Shown: in pieces, positions 63,881 through 64,000 of the stretch
Numbering within the stretch: the stretch's first letter is position 1
How the letters are laid out: each line of letters opens with the position of its first letter
DNA from: Nitrospira sp.
GTDB taxonomy: Bacteria > Nitrospirota > Nitrospiria > Nitrospirales > Nitrospiraceae
Reading direction: 5' to 3'
Assembly (NCBI GenBank): GCA_030653545.1
Contig: JAURZE010000028.1
Location: 24,607 to 88,606, forward strand
Length of the DNA: 64,000 nucleotides
The notes under the pieces: model-generated
Seen by the model: the letters and a program-made list of their open reading frames with translations, nothing else
Told to the model about the DNA's origin: nothing
Database searches by the model: none
Made by a program: the position numbers and the translations under genes

Positions 63881-64000
63881 GAAATGCCTCCTAGTCGACG
63901 GATCTCGGACACCTCGATCACCCGAATCGATTCAGGCGGATATTCGATCGCCCAAAGAAGCGCCGCGAGCATATCATCCATGCTGACCAGACCCAACCGC

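Noticed and set aside
63881-64000. Possible 3' end of another minus-strand gene at the right edge
   Set aside because: Only ~36 codons are in the window, which is too short to support any call.
1-64000. tRNA, rRNA, CRISPR arrays, intact IS elements, prophage or defence-system genes
   Set aside because: I scanned by eye for T-loop GTTCGAATC-like motifs, regularly spaced repeats, and integrase, terminase, restriction or Cas-like translations. I saw none. Only a transposase fragment at 28870-29242 was found. A tRNAscan, Infernal, CRISPR-finder or DefenseFinder run would be needed to exclude them formally.

Overview
64-kb, roughly 60 % GC, densely coding bacterial chromosomal window with about 65 supportable CDS. 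I found no rRNA, tRNA or CRISPR array. The taxon cannot be fixed from sequence alone; gene content is reminiscent of a Nitrospirota-like chemolithotroph (low confidence). Layout: (1) 1-3.8 kb: 5'-truncated large-subunit catalase, a Gly/Ser-repeat secreted protein, CsbD and an outer-membrane beta-barrel. (2) 3.9-19.6 kb: a minus-strand signalling super-cluster. It holds a CHASE3/PAS kinase, a CheY-like RR and a REC-HisKA_3-REC hybrid kinase. Then, in transcription order, come a ~1.7k-aa CheB-CheR-PAS-HisKA_3-REC protein, kaiC, kaiB, a second kaiB and a PAS-HisKA_3-REC hybrid kinase. There is no kaiA, and none of the five REC domains carries a DNA-binding output. The REC-coding ends of the two kinases flanking kaiC-kaiB-kaiB share a 240-bp tract at 95 % identity (104 bp perfect), with flanks at ~77 % or unalignable. 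Both large kinase transcription units are preceded by the same 25-nt box containing the palindrome CTAGGG-N4-CCCTAG. This KaiA-less KaiC/KaiB/KaiB module coupled to a fused methylesterase/methyltransferase kinase is my top candidate for the undescribed system. (3) 19.8-23.0 kb: glycosyltransferase, membrane and small Cys-rich proteins, and a 753-bp non-coding gap. (4) 23.0-29.7 kb: a stress island (Crp/Fnr regulator, DUF883/ElaB-like, hemerythrin, frameshifted AI-2E transporter, YqjE/holin-like, BON, YtxH). It ends in an rve-transposase remnant plus AT-rich DNA and is bracketed by two paralogous small zinc-ribbon genes. (5) 29.8-53 kb: mostly housekeeping and redox genes, including xthA, a Met/Lys-rich periplasmic protein, oxyR divergent from cytochrome c peroxidase, MscS, HDOD-GAF, a flavoprotein disulfide reductase, MEKHLA, leuCD, corA, CysQ-like, an aminotransferase, PilZ, SLT, Tat-signal MsrA, LEA_2 and TPR proteins. 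(6) 53-64 kb: pmbA/tldD, two tandem TraT-like envelope proteins, an orphan 721-aa lipoprotein, an HTH-Zn-ribbon regulator, PilZ-like, DUF1295 and an RmlD-like reductase. All functional calls come from reading the translations by eye; no database search was run.
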